Source of the DNA: Hydrolagus colliei
Lineage: Eukaryota
Length of the DNA stretch: 64,000 bases
Reading direction: 5' to 3'
Assembly (NCBI GenBank): GCA_035084275.1
Contig: CM068749.1
Coordinates: forward strand, 15,810,001-15,874,000
Positions 63,401 through 64,000 of this stretch are shown here, one piece after another. Within the stretch, counting starts at the first letter, position 1; every line of letters begins with the position of its first letter. Both the position numbers and the translations under genes were made by a program. The notes under the pieces were generated by a model, which saw only the letters and a list, made by a program, of their open reading frames with translations, was not told the origin of the DNA and did no database searches.

Positions 63401-64000
63401 TTGAATTGGTCCCATGCAGTTTCTCCCTCGCAAGGCAAAACAACCTCCTGAAGATCCTGCTTGGTTGGCTGGGTAAATTTACTGATCATAGAAAGTCGTG
63501 CATGACTTGCACTGTTTGAGTTTATCCCTGCTGACAACCACTGTTAGGTTTACCTTGGGATCTAATAAGTAGAAAAAGACAAGCGTGAAAATTGGATGTC
63601 TGTTTCCTCCCCTCCCCCACCCCCCATCAAGTTAGATTTCTGGGGGTAAAAGTGAATTTCATGGAGTTACTCTACACAAAGTTACGCAACTACTGATGTT
63701 TTTAGAGCATTCCTTGAAGCAGTGTTTTGCTTTATGTGTTGATGCTGTGTTTGTAGATATTTCTGGTTCGCAGTCACAATCAGAGAGCGTTACACACTGT
63801 AGCTCTGCTTTGCTGAGGTATATTTGAAGCATTGCTATGGAAGCGTGTTAATTCCAGTCCCGTTTCAGTCTTTTCCTCTTAGCTAACCTTCACCATCAAG
63901 TCTCTCCATCCCTTTGTTCCAGTGATCTTTGCACTTGTCCCAATTCCAAGTTTCCATCCTTTTGTTTTTTTTTACCTAAACCTTCACTGTCTTGCCCTCT

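Noticed and set aside
1-64000. Short ORFs in the supplied track as real genes
   Set aside because: The lengths (60-170 aa) are expected by chance in vertebrate DNA, many use alternative starts, and the only recognisable ones are L2/CR1/hAT/SINE-derived. There is no operon or prokaryotic signature.

Overview
AT-rich, CpG-depleted vertebrate non-coding DNA (large intron or gene desert). The repeat content suggests a cartilaginous fish, possibly a chimaera or elephant-shark-like genome; this is an inference. I recognise no host protein-coding gene. The only ORFs with real homology are decayed retroelement or transposon fragments: 5'-truncated L2 LINE ORF2 pieces (best at 14790-15795, 21328-21990, 29475-30324), CR1 3' ends and a hAT transposase fossil. 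Many tRNA-derived SINEs share the L2 3' stem-loop. They comprise two subfamilies plus a Deu-domain SINE, and an older diverged SINE-like family is also present. Two Penelope-like (PLE) inverted-repeat remnants occur, one retaining a minimal type-I hammerhead ribozyme core (51061-51097). Other notable structure includes a 75-nt near-perfect hairpin that can refold into two hairpins, perfect 27-28 bp direct and inverted doublets about 0.9 kb apart, a 110-bp local duplication and several CpG-retaining, enhancer-like islands. Element boundaries are read by eye and are approximate.
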